Assembly (NCBI GenBank): GCA_027022365.1
Contig: JALVYU010000026.1
Location: 1-64,000 of the forward strand
DNA from: Desulfurococcales archaeon
Lineage (GTDB): Archaea; Thermoproteota; Thermoprotei_A; Sulfolobales; Desulfurococcaceae
Direction: 5' to 3'
DNA length: 64,000 bases
Shown here one piece after another: positions 38,801 to 49,451 of this stretch (positions within the stretch are counted from its first letter, which is position 1; each line of letters starts with the position of its first letter). The position numbers and the translations under genes are program-made. The notes below the pieces were generated by a model that saw nothing but the letters and a program-made list of their open reading frames with translations, was not told the DNA's origin and ran no database searches.

Positions 38801-40529
38801 ATACTAGTTTCAATGCTTTTTCATTAAATATAGTGAAAGTATAGTTTATGTTTACTAGTTTTAGTGAGCCTATTGGGAGGGGGATCTCGAAGGTAAATGT
38901 CAATCGTTCTATTTTACCGTTTTTCTCGAGTATTTTACGGAGTTTAGAGAGTATTTTACTATAGGTTCCCGAGACAGCCCTTGATGATTTTTGGACAACA
39001 TATTTTGCTTTACCATGTAGTCTGAGATCAGGTTTTAGATATTCTTGATATTCTTCGTAGAGGATATCGATATCGTCTGGGACGGCATAGACTTTGCCTA
39101 GGTGTGTGTAAATATAGAGGATTTCCCCTCTTTCCATTAATTTTCTAAGAGCTTTAGCCACAATGTCGTAAGGCCATCCGATCGCTTCTGCGATCCATTC
39201 TAAGGGCATAGGACGGCCTTCAAGGATCGAAAGTATCTTATCACGTGTTGTTCTTCGCCACAGCCTTTCTAGAACTTCTTCATCGACTGGTATGTCGATA
39301 CCGCTCTTCTTAGCAAACTCAAGAGAATCAACAAGGCTATCCATATCCGGTGTATCAGGCGTCACAATGTATGCTACGAACTTCAGTCCCTTTCTGCCCG
39401 TTAGCCTGAGGATACGTCCATGCCGTTGAATGAATCTTAGAGGGCTTGCGACATTGCTCCAGATAACCAGAAGGTCGGCCATCGGAAGATCAAGGCCCTC
39501 CTCGCCCGCCGAAGTAGAGATTACTACTTTTGTTTGTTCACTATGTGCTCTATGCAGTACCTTTCTTACATCTTCTTTCATCTTTGCCTTGCCATATATC
39601 GCAACTGCCCCATACTGCTTAGATAATATCTTCTCGAGATACTTCGCGATAATGACTCTATCGACAAATACTATAGCTTTATTGAAATCATGGTCCCGCA
39701 GTATACGTAGTAGAGCATCTAGCTTATGTGCAGGCCTGATCCCAGGCTTATCAAGATACGGCCTTATAGGTGATAATATGAATGACAGGCGCGACTCTTT
39801 ATCTATACTTTCCTTAAGTGCTAGTGCACCGTCTCTGACAAACCATCGTATGGCTAGATTAACTAGTCCCCGATCGCGACCCGAAAGATCTAGTCTGAGA
39901 TCTTCTAGTCTCTCCAGCAAGGATTTTTCTTCATTGTTTAGCTCAGCCTCATAAATTTCTCCGATCCATGGTGGGACATATTTCTTTATTCTCTCATCGT
40001 TCCAGCTCCATCTCCTGATAGGGCCTATATATCTAGTTATCTCCGGCTCTCGAGCACGAGGTATATGGGCGGAAAGCCCCAGCCTTCTATCGAACTTCAT
40101 CTTCTTCATGAATTCTGCATATGCATCCTTGCCCGTGGTATGGTGGCACTCATCAACAACTACGACATTGTATCCGAGCGAAGCTATTATCTCGTGGTCG
40201 CTCAAAGCAGTCTCAGGGGTTGCGACAGCTATCTTTGCACGCATCCACAAGCTTTTTCTCTTATTCTTCGGATACTTACCATGAATTGGAAGCGCCTTTA
40301 CGCCTAGAACTTTATTTATATAGGACGCTACTTGTTCGACGAGAATTCTCGAAGGCTCTAGGAAAATTATTCTTCTAGCCTCACCTGTTTCCATGAGTTT
40401 CTTAGCCCAGAGAATAGCTATCAGGGTTTTACCTGAGCCCGTAGGCATAACTACGACTGCGCCCTTACGTTTTAGAGCCCATTCAGCGGCTTCTATCTGA
40501 TAGTCTCTAGGCTTTATCTTAAGCCTCAA
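38739..40529 (-). CDS. SF2 helicase, Hef/ERCC4-helicase-like, without nuclease domain, with C-terminal wHTH
   Basis: PRDYQ, PTGSGKT, VATPE, DECH, GLSA, TSAGEEGLDLP, QRHGRILR. Confidence 0.88.
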   Translation of the reverse strand: MRLKIKPRDYQIEAAEWALKRKGAVVVMPTGSGKTLIAILWAKKLMETGEARRIIFLEPSRILVEQVASYINKVLGVKALPIHGKYPKNKRKSLWMRAKIAVATPETALSDHEIIASLGYNVVVVDECHHTTGKDAYAEFMKKMKFDRRLGLSAHIPRAREPEITRYIGPIRRWSWNDERIKKYVPPWIGEIYEAELNNEEKSLLERLEDLRLDLSGRDRGLVNLAIRWFVRDGALALKESIDKESRLSFILSPIRPYLDKPGIRPAHKLDALLRILRDHDFNKAIVFVDRVIIAKYLEKILSKQYGAVAIYGKAKMKEDVRKVLHRAHSEQTKVVISTSAGEEGLDLPMADLLVIWSNVASPLRFIQRHGRILRLTGRKGLKFVAYIVTPDTPDMDSLVDSLEFAKKSGIDIPVDEEVLERLWRRTTRDKILSILEGRPMPLEWIAEAIGWPYDIVAKALRKLMERGEILYIYTHLGKVYAVPDDIDILYEEYQEYLKPDLRLHGKAKYVVQKSSRAVSGTYSKILSKLRKILEKNGKIERLTFTFEIPLPIGSLKLVNINYTFTIFNEKALKLVCDNAFSVQHFQKFLPGERNE

Positions 40530-40577
40530 TTCTATTGACCATAGAATAGTGTTGTTGATTTATGGTAAAAAATTAGA

Positions 40578-41459
40578 TTAAAGATATCGCGCCGCACGCT
40601 TCATGATCTCTGCATAGAGAGTTATTGTATCCTCGTACTTTGTCTCTGGTGGGCCAGTATATATTATATGCATTCTCAGCGAGAAACCTCTCTCCTTAAC
40701 TTCTTTAATCATGAACCGTGCTATAGCCTCCGCTAACGGGTCTAGGCTCGGGTATCCCTTGCCCAGCGGGACTCTCTTCTTCAGTAGTCTTCTGCCAAAG
40801 TACACACCGGTTACCTGGCTAAATCTCAGGCTTAGGAAACCATTGCTCAGGGTTAGTCCTCTTCTCAGTACTCTCATCCAGAAATCAACCGTTGCCTCCT
40901 TGTCCGCAGCGATGAAGTTTCCATGCTGATCTATCCTTGTCTCATACATGAACACGTTCTCGAGCTGTAGGCTCGGTATTACTCTATCGCTCCCCACAGC
41001 CTCTATGATCGCTTTTATTTCATCTAGGCTTCCGAGCTGTCTTCGTGTATAAGTCGTTTCTAGACTGATATACATGTTCTCGGGAGCAGCTTCGAGAAGC
41101 TTCTTGACTACTTCGACCACTGCATCTATATCTCTCTGATCCATGAACACCCTCCAGCCTATGTGGAGGTTGAATACCTCAGCTCCAGTAATTGCTGCCT
41201 TCTTGATGGCTGCAACTAATGCCTTCTCAATTCTTTCCTGAATATATTTCGAATCTGTCACCAGATTATAGTATGGTCCGTGAGCTACTATTGTCGTGAA
41301 CGCTTTCTTCGCAAATTCGCCGTAGGCTTCAAAGTATTCTTTTCCACGGCTCTTCCTCGAGAAATCCCATGGTGGTATCTCGGTTAGCCTCATTCCCAAT
41401 GCCGCTGCTTTTGTCGCGGTACTAAGGGCGTTATATGTTCCCCAGTCGAAGAGTATCAT
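40578..41459 (-). CDS. Endonuclease IV / xylose-isomerase-like TIM barrel with degenerate metal sites
   Basis: AHGPYYNL, NLHIG, SLET, LGSLDEI, VPLGKG retained; second-half ligands missing. Confidence 0.75.
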   Translation of the reverse strand: MILFDWGTYNALSTATKAAALGMRLTEIPPWDFSRKSRGKEYFEAYGEFAKKAFTTIVAHGPYYNLVTDSKYIQERIEKALVAAIKKAAITGAEVFNLHIGWRVFMDQRDIDAVVEVVKKLLEAAPENMYISLETTYTRRQLGSLDEIKAIIEAVGSDRVIPSLQLENVFMYETRIDQHGNFIAADKEATVDFWMRVLRRGLTLSNGFLSLRFSQVTGVYFGRRLLKKRVPLGKGYPSLDPLAEAIARFMIKEVKERGFSLRMHIIYTGPPETKYEDTITLYAEIMKRAARYL

Positions 41460-41565
41460 CGGTGTCTCACCCCATTATAGCTCATATAAATTGTATCGGT
41501 TTACTAATTATTTTCTACAATACAATACTATTTTAATTGCTAAATATAATTGTTTCTTCAATGCT

Positions 41566-42159
41566 CTACCTGTACGAGATTATTCTCAGTTTTTCAAGAT
41601 CATATTCGAGCAATATATATCCTCCACGATAACATGGCGATGGCGACAAATAGAGGATATCGTTCTTCTCAATGATGACGGGGGCCTCATAGCTCAGACC
41701 CACCACAACGAGTGAAGGAGAAGCCGACTCTACAATTTTGTCCAGGAACCCATAGCCGACACAATAGCGTCCCATGAATTTGTTTCCGAGAAGCAAAGGG
41801 GGATAATAGGTCACGAATATATCGTAGTCGTCTTCGCGGAGCCTATCCACTACTTCCTGGTTTACATTAACTCCTAGGCCTGCAAGCTTTATTCTTTCAG
41901 AACCTATGCTGAGCGCCAATGTTTTGCCGTCCAGGAGAACACCTCTCGTCTTCAACCATTTGGAAATAGAGGGATCATCGTTTTCACCTATCACTCCCAC
42001 GATATACCGTGATAAATGCGACAGGAAATCAAGGATTTCAGGCGAAGAGATATCACCTGCCGAAATAATAATGTCGGGCCGAACCCTTATCTCTGCAAAT
42101 ATACTATGGACGGTGGCCTCGTTGCACAGGCATTTCCTGATACAGAGAATCAAGGCCAA
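41566..42159 (-). CDS. Degenerate calcineurin-like metallophosphoesterase fold protein
   Basis: PDIIISAGDI, GENDD, VTYYPP, VVVG; lacks DxH, GNH and GHxH. Confidence 0.6.
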   Translation of the reverse strand: MALILCIRKCLCNEATVHSIFAEIRVRPDIIISAGDISSPEILDFLSHLSRYIVGVIGENDDPSISKWLKTRGVLLDGKTLALSIGSERIKLAGLGVNVNQEVVDRLREDDYDIFVTYYPPLLLGNKFMGRYCVGYGFLDKIVESASPSLVVVGLSYEAPVIIEKNDILYLSPSPCYRGGYILLEYDLEKLRIISYR

Positions 42160-42161
42160 CC

Positions 42162-43172
42162 CTATATCACCGGCACCAGTTTACCTCTGTGCTCATATAC
42201 ACCTAAGACGATCCTGTAATCTCCATACCACGAGCTCCTCTGAAGTAATCCTTCGACAATAGCGCATCCACCCTCATATAGAAACGGTATATATAGTGCT
42301 TCGAAAGAAGTAATTTTTCTGAGTTTATATTCCTTGCCTTGTAGAAACTCGTACTTGTTTATCAAGGCCTCCGATGGATAATTCAGGGCACTTAATTGGT
42401 GGTTATCAAAACATATTTTTACCTTAACGTATCCTGTGTTTCGCCATGGCTCCATTAAATCAAGGGATCTCGCTATACCATCATTATATATTATCGAATA
42501 ATCGATACCTTCTATCTTGCCTCGTCTCCAGGGCCTGTAAAAGTATTTACGTATAGTTTCTCTACTTATCCCTAATCGTTCTTCTAATCGTTTACTCCAT
42601 AAAGCTAGCTCATACTCATTAAACGTCCTAACAATACCCCTTCTTCCAACTGTCTCGCTGAGAGCTTCTATAACTTTTAGCGAGTCACGCCATCCGTACA
42701 CCGTAAGGTCTATATCGCTCGTGCCGGGCACATGGATGCCCACTAGAATTGAGCCGGTAATGCCTATGCTTACCTTGCCAGTATACATTTTTATAGTGTC
42801 AATTAGTTCTAGCGCAATAACTTCAAGACGATCTCTAGGATGGCAGATCAAGCTATATGTTCGTTGAATAGGGTCATATACCGCCATGATCTTATCACGA
42901 GGAATAATCGGGGATGAGCATCCATAGCTATGTATGTAAATCCTCCAGGGTGTGCTTCCATGTACCACTATGGGATCATATACAGGGACAAGTCTACGGT
43001 ACCTATATAGAGAGTCGTGCCAAGGACCAACTTGTCTCGAACCAGCACAATATTTTTGATAACCAACAACATATCCAGCTGAATGCGCATTACCAACAAC
43101 AACAGCATAACAATTATTTCTTAGCTTCAGATAATAGTGGTCAAGAACATCAATGTCTAACACATGGTTCAC
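42162..43172 (-). CDS. Archaeal nucleotidyltransferase (COG1665-like)
   Basis: GITGSILVGIH..TSDIDLTVYG Pol-beta signature; C-terminal OB-like domain. Confidence 0.82.
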   Translation of the reverse strand: MNHVLDIDVLDHYYLKLRNNCYAVVVGNAHSAGYVVGYQKYCAGSRQVGPWHDSLYRYRRLVPVYDPIVVHGSTPWRIYIHSYGCSSPIIPRDKIMAVYDPIQRTYSLICHPRDRLEVIALELIDTIKMYTGKVSIGITGSILVGIHVPGTSDIDLTVYGWRDSLKVIEALSETVGRRGIVRTFNEYELALWSKRLEERLGISRETIRKYFYRPWRRGKIEGIDYSIIYNDGIARSLDLMEPWRNTGYVKVKICFDNHQLSALNYPSEALINKYEFLQGKEYKLRKITSFEALYIPFLYEGGCAIVEGLLQRSSWYGDYRIVLGVYEHRGKLVPVI

Positions 43173-43230
43173 CGTATTGTAGGTATTACACCTACACTAA
43201 CTATGTAGTTATGTGAAGAAATAATAAGCG

Positions 43231-43917
43231 GTGATTCAAAGAATGGTGAAAATAATCTCATTCGATATTGATGGAACTCTTCTCGATAGCTATACTGGAA
43301 TACCGTTATTCTACAAGGACTTATTCATAAAGGAAAACAAATTGCTTACAAGGAGAAAAAACATAGATTTCCGAATGGTCTGTAGAGCAGAAGGTATGGC
43401 GGACGAGCTCGGGTTACTAAGAGATGAATGGTGGAGTAAAATACTTGGTATACGTGATCGAGTGCTATTTACGGAATTATTGGTCAGGTATTGGAAGTAT
43501 AGGATAGAGCATTCCAAACTACTGCCCGGCGCGCTCAAGGTATTGTTGGGCTTCAGAAGAGCCGGGTTTAAAGTTATAAGCATAAGCTACGGCGACGACA
43601 TATTAGGTCTTAAAAGATATAGGATTGCACTCTATGGACTGGAAAGATTTTTCGACGAAATAATAATAATAAATGACGACGTACCCACAAGGTCAGAAGC
43701 CATTAAGTATATTCTATGGAAGTATAGGCCTGAGAAGCTCGTCGTTGTAGATGACAAATGCAGAGTGCTTGAAAGCATTAAGTCTGAATCGGAAATTATT
43801 GAGACTGTCCACATGGTCTTTCCCTACCCCGAATGTATGGGGATACAATATAGAAGATGCGGTGATACAGAGGTCTATAATCTCTATGAGCTAAGAAAAG
43901 AATATGGTGTAATATAG
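43231..43917 (+). CDS. HAD superfamily hydrolase
   Basis: SFDIDGTLLDS, LLPGA, VVVDD. Confidence 0.85.
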   Translation: MIQRMVKIISFDIDGTLLDSYTGIPLFYKDLFIKENKLLTRRKNIDFRMVCRAEGMADELGLLRDEWWSKILGIRDRVLFTELLVRYWKYRIEHSKLLPGALKVLLGFRRAGFKVISISYGDDILGLKRYRIALYGLERFFDEIIIINDDVPTRSEAIKYILWKYRPEKLVVVDDKCRVLESIKSESEIIETVHMVFPYPECMGIQYRRCGDTEVYNLYELRKEYGVI

Positions 43918-43955
43918 TGTCAGGCTAGGGCTCGGGCCTCTACTCGTGACCGATG

Positions 43956-45158
43956 TTATACAGGTGTCGGTTCGTCAACCTCCTTGAGTTGCTCGATAAC
44001 ATATTTCCTTATCTCTTCAAGGCTGGGGAGCCGCCGGACTATATTACCGTTCTCAATATACTTGACCAGAAGGGGCTCGTAGCCCTGCGGAATACATCCT
44101 TTCTCGAATGGCTTTACTATATCGTTTAATCCGGGTCTTCTTCGAAGCAGTTGCTTGGCTCCAGGTAGCTTACCTCTCTTCGTGAATGGCACCCATTTCC
44201 CGTTTTCTTCGACCTCGACTATGTCGGCGCTGATATCGATTGAGGGCGGAAATGATACGCTTGTTCCTATTCCGAATGCGTCAACGATGTCTCTTAGTTC
44301 TACAAGGCTTTTCTCGTCAATGCCTCCGCTAACCACGATTTTTACATGTTTGTAGCCGTGGAGATCTAATGTCCATCTAACTTCTTCGACTATGGCCCTC
44401 ATATTACCTCTGCGACTACTAGGAGTGTCCAGTCTGACCCCATATAGTTTGTCTCCGAGGGTTTCAGCCGCCATGAGCGATTCTATGCGTTCATCATATA
44501 GTGTGTCGACGAGCATTATCCTTGGAACGTTTTCTTCAACTATTTCATCGAATGCTTTCCAGGCCTTCACCTGGTCTCCAAATACGAGTATGAGTGCATG
44601 GGGCATTGTACCGACTGGTCTTAACCCTAAATATTTTCGGCTTATTGTTCCAGAGACTGCGTCCATTCCCCCAATATAGGCGGCTCTATCCGCCATCGGT
44701 GCGAGGGCTGGGTGAAGAGCCCTTAGGCCGAAGAACAATAGTGTTTTATTCATTGCGAGTCTCTTCATCCTGGCTGCTTTAGAAGCTATGCTCGAATAAT
44801 GACGGAGTATTCCAAGGAGAGGAGTTTCGTAAATGGAGAAATCATCGTAATAACCTTCAATTATCATGAGGGGCTCTCCGGCTTTAAACAATGTACCCTC
44901 TAGTAAAGCATATACAGTGAGGGGTTTACCTTCAAGGAGCTTTAACGCCTCTTCCAGCCCTGCAAACACTGCCCATTCATAGCCTCTAGGCAACTTGTTC
45001 ACATGAAGTTCTATCCTGACTTTTTTCCTAAGGTTTTTTGCCCGTAGGATTTTACGTGTCCTTACAAAATAGATATCCGTTACCTCACCATCATAGATTT
45101 CCTTATCTGTCGCAATGTAGAAACGACGCATAATATTTTCTCCCATCGGTTCACTCAC
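43956..45158 (-). CDS. pncB: Nicotinate phosphoribosyltransferase
   Basis: TDIYF, ETPLLG, FGLR, GTMPH, LVDT, GVRLDT, VSGGID, FGIGT. Confidence 0.93.
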   Translation of the reverse strand: MSEPMGENIMRRFYIATDKEIYDGEVTDIYFVRTRKILRAKNLRKKVRIELHVNKLPRGYEWAVFAGLEEALKLLEGKPLTVYALLEGTLFKAGEPLMIIEGYYDDFSIYETPLLGILRHYSSIASKAARMKRLAMNKTLLFFGLRALHPALAPMADRAAYIGGMDAVSGTISRKYLGLRPVGTMPHALILVFGDQVKAWKAFDEIVEENVPRIMLVDTLYDERIESLMAAETLGDKLYGVRLDTPSSRRGNMRAIVEEVRWTLDLHGYKHVKIVVSGGIDEKSLVELRDIVDAFGIGTSVSFPPSIDISADIVEVEENGKWVPFTKRGKLPGAKQLLRRRPGLNDIVKPFEKGCIPQGYEPLLVKYIENGNIVRRLPSLEEIRKYVIEQLKEVDEPTPV

Positions 45159-45576
45159 CCATCACCATGACTATCACATGCCTCAACGATCTCGGTCCAT
45201 CCATTTCAACAACAAATATGTTCTGCCAAGTACCCCTCACAAGCCTGCCGTTTATCACCGGGAATACTCTATCGGCTCCGATCAATGCTGAACCTATATG
45301 AGCATGTGCATTATCATCTATAATGTTGTGTCTCCACTTACTACTGCCAGGCTCGGTTAGCTCCTTGATCTTCGCCAGTATATCGGATATAAGTCCGGAT
45401 TCGTGTTCATTAGCGATTATAGCCGCAGTTGCATGGGGGGCGAATACGAGGCACATACCGTTCTTAATACTGCTCTCCTCCACGATCTGCTCAACTTCAT
45501 GAGTGATATCTATGAGCTCGAACTTGTTATGAGTGGAGATTCTTATTTCACGGTAATAGACTTTCAAAGCATGCAC
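45151..45576 (-). CDS. YjbQ/UPF0047 family protein
   Basis: [29 protein letters not shown]. Confidence 0.93.
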   Translation of the reverse strand: MHALKVYYREIRISTHNKFELIDITHEVEQIVEESSIKNGMCLVFAPHATAAIIANEHESGLISDILAKIKELTEPGSSKWRHNIIDDNAHAHIGSALIGADRVFPVINGRLVRGTWQNIFVVEMDGPRSLRHVIVMVMGE

Positions 45577-45618
45577 CCAAGTCTTTTTTCAAACCGAATA
45601 ATTTAGATATAAGGAAAT

Positions 45619-46290
45619 TTATACCGCTCGATACACAAGCACTACTTCGCCAGTCATATGATCTACTTGTATTGATTCCAGCTTTAGTTCAATTATTCTA
45701 TTTAGCTCAATATTTATTGAAGGTGTGCCATTGAGTCCTATTATTTTCGGGGATAAACTCACGATCAACTCATCAACTAATCCCTTGATAATAAGTTCTC
45801 CGATCAATCTTCCACCGCCCTGCACGAGTACTTTGTCTACATGGTATTTCTTGTAGAGTACCTCGAAGGCCTCGGCAAGATCAATCCTATTTGTTTCGTC
45901 AAGGGGCTCAAGAAACTCTAATAGGACATTATTTTCAAACAATTTTCTTGCTTTAGAAGTTCCTAAGAATTTTGATGACGTGAATATTATCGTTGGTAAT
46001 ATCCTTGTGTCTAATACTTTAGCGCTTAAAGGTATTGTTAGATTGCCGTCAATAATTACCCGGTATGGTTTCTTCGGGGCACTGTCCAATGGCCTGGGGG
46101 CCAGAATGGGATCATCAACCACTACTGTATTAGCCCCTATAACTACAGCATCGACATTTCTGCGAAGATAATACATTCTCTCCAAATCCCTATAAGAACT
46201 CAGGAGAGTCCTCTTCCCTCTAAATCCGATCCGACCATCAACTGTTTGTGTAACAAATACTATGATATACGGTCTAGTATAGGTCTTCAT
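45619..46290 (-). CDS. RibD C-terminal-like pyrimidine reductase
   Basis: TVDGRI, DAVVIGANTV..DDP.L, RVIID, VQGGG. Confidence 0.85.
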   Translation of the reverse strand: MKTYTRPYIIVFVTQTVDGRIGFRGKRTLLSSYRDLERMYYLRRNVDAVVIGANTVVVDDPILAPRPLDSAPKKPYRVIIDGNLTIPLSAKVLDTRILPTIIFTSSKFLGTSKARKLFENNVLLEFLEPLDETNRIDLAEAFEVLYKKYHVDKVLVQGGGRLIGELIIKGLVDELIVSLSPKIIGLNGTPSINIELNRIIELKLESIQVDHMTGEVVLVYRAV

Positions 46291-46382
46291 TATACCATTT
46301 ACACCTAAGAACCATAGTATAATTAGTGAGTTTTTACTCTATTTTGTATTGGGTATTAGAGGAACGCGTTGAGGTGATCTAT

Positions 46383-46949
46383 ATGGAGGACTGGGAGAAG
46401 AGAAGGAAGGATAGAGAGTACCGAGATATATTCAGCATGATCGACGAGTTCATCCGAGAGATCGAGAGAGAATTCTACAGGTTCTTCAATGAAATAGAGT
46501 TCTCACCATTTACACCTCTATCGCTCGGCAAAGAAGGCGAGTACAAGATCATGGGCCCCTACGTATACGGTTTCAGAATAACAATAGGTCCTGATGGGAA
46601 ACCGATAATTGAAGAGTTCGGTAATGTAAGACGAGTACGCGGAAAGCCTAAGATCAGTGAGGAGCGCGAACCACTGGTAGACGTATTTGAAAACGATGAC
46701 GAGATAATTGTGGTGGCGGAGATACCCGGCGTCGAGAAAGATAACATAAAGGTAGAGGTTTCCGACGACAGGAAAAGGCTTATCATAAGGGCAAGCGATG
46801 AGAAAAGAAAGTACTATAAAGAGGTAGAACTACCAGCAGAAGTTGACCCGGAGAGCGCTAAAGCAAACTATAAGAACGGCGTTCTCGAGGTTAGGCTCAA
46901 AAAAATCAAGAATAAACAGAAGAAAACATATGAGATCAAAGTAGAGTGA
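46383..46949 (+). CDS. hsp20: Small heat-shock protein Hsp20, archaeal type
   Basis: GPYVYGFRITIGPDGKP, EPLVDV, AEIPGV, ANYKNGVLEV, EIKVE; GAGGTGA RBS before ATG 46383. Confidence 0.95.
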   Translation: MEDWEKRRKDREYRDIFSMIDEFIREIEREFYRFFNEIEFSPFTPLSLGKEGEYKIMGPYVYGFRITIGPDGKPIIEEFGNVRRVRGKPKISEEREPLVDVFENDDEIIVVAEIPGVEKDNIKVEVSDDRKRLIIRASDEKRKYYKEVELPAEVDPESAKANYKNGVLEVRLKKIKNKQKKTYEIKVE

Positions 46950-46957
46950 TTTTTTCC
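46950..46957 (+). terminator. Oligo-T terminator
   Basis: T6 run immediately after the hsp20 stop. Confidence 0.5.
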
Positions 46958-47008
46958 ATAACAGGATAAATCTCTTCATAAAACCCAAATTAGGGGTGTT
47001 AAATATCT

Positions 47009-47536
47009 ATGCATTTGATTGTATTAAGCGATACACACGACAATATGCCTGTCATAAAGAAGCTCGTAGAAATTATTAACTCGAAGTACAAGGGCGATAA
47101 AATAATTGTGCATTTGGGTGACATGATAAGCCCCTTTGCTGCCCGCTACTTAGTTGAAAATCTTGAAGATATCGCGAGAGGTGTTTTTGTCTTTGGGAAT
47201 AATGATGGCGATAAGATATTACTGTCCAAAATACTTGGTAAAGCTGGATGGGAAGTATATAACGGTCCATCAATCATTGAAATCTTCAACAAGAAGGTAC
47301 TTGTGATGCACGGTTTTGACGGCCCAGAACATACCACGATGATCGCCGACACCCTATCACAGGCTGAGAATGTAGATGCTGTATTCTATGGTCATACACA
47401 TAGATTAGACTATAGGATCATTAAGGGAAAAATAATAGTTAATCCCGGCGAAGTATGCGGTTATCTAACAGGTAAGTCAACGTTCATGGTTCTCGACAAG
47501 GATACCTTTAAGCCGGAAATAATAGAAATACAGTAA
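47009..47536 (+). CDS. YfcE/MJ0936-type metallophosphoesterase
   Basis: SDTHD, HLGD, GNND, MHG, GHTH, NPGE. Confidence 0.92.
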   Translation: MHLIVLSDTHDNMPVIKKLVEIINSKYKGDKIIVHLGDMISPFAARYLVENLEDIARGVFVFGNNDGDKILLSKILGKAGWEVYNGPSIIEIFNKKVLVMHGFDGPEHTTMIADTLSQAENVDAVFYGHTHRLDYRIIKGKIIVNPGEVCGYLTGKSTFMVLDKDTFKPEIIEIQ

Positions 47537-47625
47537 ATCACCGTACAAACAATCAGTAGGTTTAAGAAAAACCAGGAATAGTTTATTCATAAGCACGTTT
47601 CTAAGGTTATGAATGGTGATCTATT

Positions 47626-48492
47626 ATGTTTGAGGGCAAAAAACTGAAAAGCGCGAGCATTCCCGAGGATGAATCAAAGAGACAATACCATATAATGGCT
47701 AAACCCGGTGATGTCAGCAGATATGTGCTTCTACCCGGAGACCCTGGCCGTGTGAGAAAAATCGCTTCTTACTGGGAAAAATCATGGGAGGTGGCCTCCC
47801 ACCGCGAATACCTCACATACAGCGGCTACTACAAGGGTGTATTTATCTCAGCCACTAGTACTGGAATAGGTTCTCCATCTACCGCCATTGCGGTCGAGGA
47901 ACTCGCCAGAATAGGTGCAGACACATTTATCAGAGTAGGAACAACAGGTGCTCTCAGAAAAGATGTCCGGGTAGGAGACCTGATAATATCAACCGCCGCT
48001 GTTAGACTGGAAGGAACAAGCAAGGAATACGTTATCCCAGAATACCCGGCATCAGCATCCATAGATGTCGTCATGGCCTTAATAGCCGCTGCCGAGGAGC
48101 TCGGGGTGAGATACCACCTAGGCATTACAGCCAGTACCGATAGTTTCTATGTGGGCCAAGAAAGACCTGGTTTAAGAGGTTATCTCCCACCCTTCAAGAA
48201 GGGATTGGTTGATTTCCTTCGCTCAGTAAATGTACTGAACTTCGAGATGGAGGCAGCGACGATATTCACACTAGCAAATATTTATGGGTTAAGAGCAGGG
48301 GCTGTATGCGCAGCAATAGCCAATAGGGAGACAGAAGAATTCGTTATGGAGGCTGGTGTTGAAGATGCTGTAAAGGTTGCAAACGAGGCCGTCAGGATAT
48401 TGTGCGAATGGGATGAAGAAATGGAGAAGCATGGCAAAAAGAACATAACGCCAGACATAATACGCGATTGGTTATCCAAGATAAGAGGTTGA
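47626..48492 (+). CDS. udp: Uridine phosphorylase
   Basis: QYHI, LPGDPGR, HREY, STGIGSPS, RVGTTG, DSFY.GQER, NFEME. Confidence 0.92.
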   Translation: MFEGKKLKSASIPEDESKRQYHIMAKPGDVSRYVLLPGDPGRVRKIASYWEKSWEVASHREYLTYSGYYKGVFISATSTGIGSPSTAIAVEELARIGADTFIRVGTTGALRKDVRVGDLIISTAAVRLEGTSKEYVIPEYPASASIDVVMALIAAAEELGVRYHLGITASTDSFYVGQERPGLRGYLPPFKKGLVDFLRSVNVLNFEMEAATIFTLANIYGLRAGAVCAAIANRETEEFVMEAGVEDAVKVANEAVRILCEWDEEMEKHGKKNITPDIIRDWLSKIRG

Positions 48493-49445
48493 ACGTTTTG
48501 AGGAAAAACAGACCCTTACACATAAGTGTGGGTAATCTTAACATAGACATATCTATGTATGTACAGTCTTTCCCCGGCCCGGATGAAAGCGTGATCGCAG
48601 ACGATGCGTTAATCTCCTGCGGGGGCTCAGCAACCAATTATGCTGTTGCTGTTACGTATTACGGGCACAAAGCCACCCTTATTGCGAGCACTTCGCAGAT
48701 CGGCTTCATAGATTATCTCCTAGAGGATCTAGAGAGGATAGGCGTGGATATATCATATATTAAACGTGTTCAAGGACCTCCTGGCATCGTATCAGTTATA
48801 GTTAGCAAGGATGGCGAGAAGATAATGATAAAGCACCGAGGGGCAAACGAGTTCCTAAGCCCTAACGATATACCAAGACAACTAATCAGTAGGGCAAACA
48901 TTGTTCACCTCGCAAGTATCCCTCCCTCAATAGCGGTAGAGATAGCTAAGAGAGCTAGCGGACTAGGAATACTTGTGAGCTATGACCCGGGCAATTACGC
49001 TCTATCGCTGCCAGCCGAAGTACGTGAAGTAATACCTTACCTATCCATACTCTTTGTCAACAGGAGAGAAGCTAAGGCCCTAGGAGGCACAAACATAGAT
49101 AAGATCGCTAGGCTAGGCCCTCAATACATAGTCGTTAAGAAGGGGCCTGGCGGAGCATTTGTCATAACACCAGGACGCCTCATATACTACGGTGTGACAA
49201 AACCTATTAGGCCCCCAATAGACTCTACCGGGGCAGGAGACGCGTTCGACGCATTCTTCAACGCGGTAATACTGGACTCAAAGGATCCGGGAAAAGCACT
49301 CATGTATGCTATCGCTGCAGGAGCACTGAAGACCACGTGCCGGGGAAGCAGGCTATGCTATGATAGGGCGTTGTTCAATCAACAACTATCCGAAACTAGT
49401 GTTGAAGCCCTCAAAAACCCTGAGGAATGGATCATAGAAGACTGA
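48468..49445 (+). CDS. PfkB family carbohydrate/nucleoside kinase
   Basis: GGSATN, DPG, NRREA, DSTGAGDAF. Confidence 0.9.
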   Translation: MVIQDKRLNVLRKNRPLHISVGNLNIDISMYVQSFPGPDESVIADDALISCGGSATNYAVAVTYYGHKATLIASTSQIGFIDYLLEDLERIGVDISYIKRVQGPPGIVSVIVSKDGEKIMIKHRGANEFLSPNDIPRQLISRANIVHLASIPPSIAVEIAKRASGLGILVSYDPGNYALSLPAEVREVIPYLSILFVNRREAKALGGTNIDKIARLGPQYIVVKKGPGGAFVITPGRLIYYGVTKPIRPPIDSTGAGDAFDAFFNAVILDSKDPGKALMYAIAAGALKTTCRGSRLCYDRALFNQQLSETSVEALKNPEEWIIED

Positions 49446-49451
49446 CAAGCT

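Noticed and set aside
43920-43985. Possible minus-strand C/D sRNA overlapping the pncB 3' end (UUGACGA...CUGA)
   Set aside because: No convincing C'/D' boxes and no recognisable target; too weak to call.
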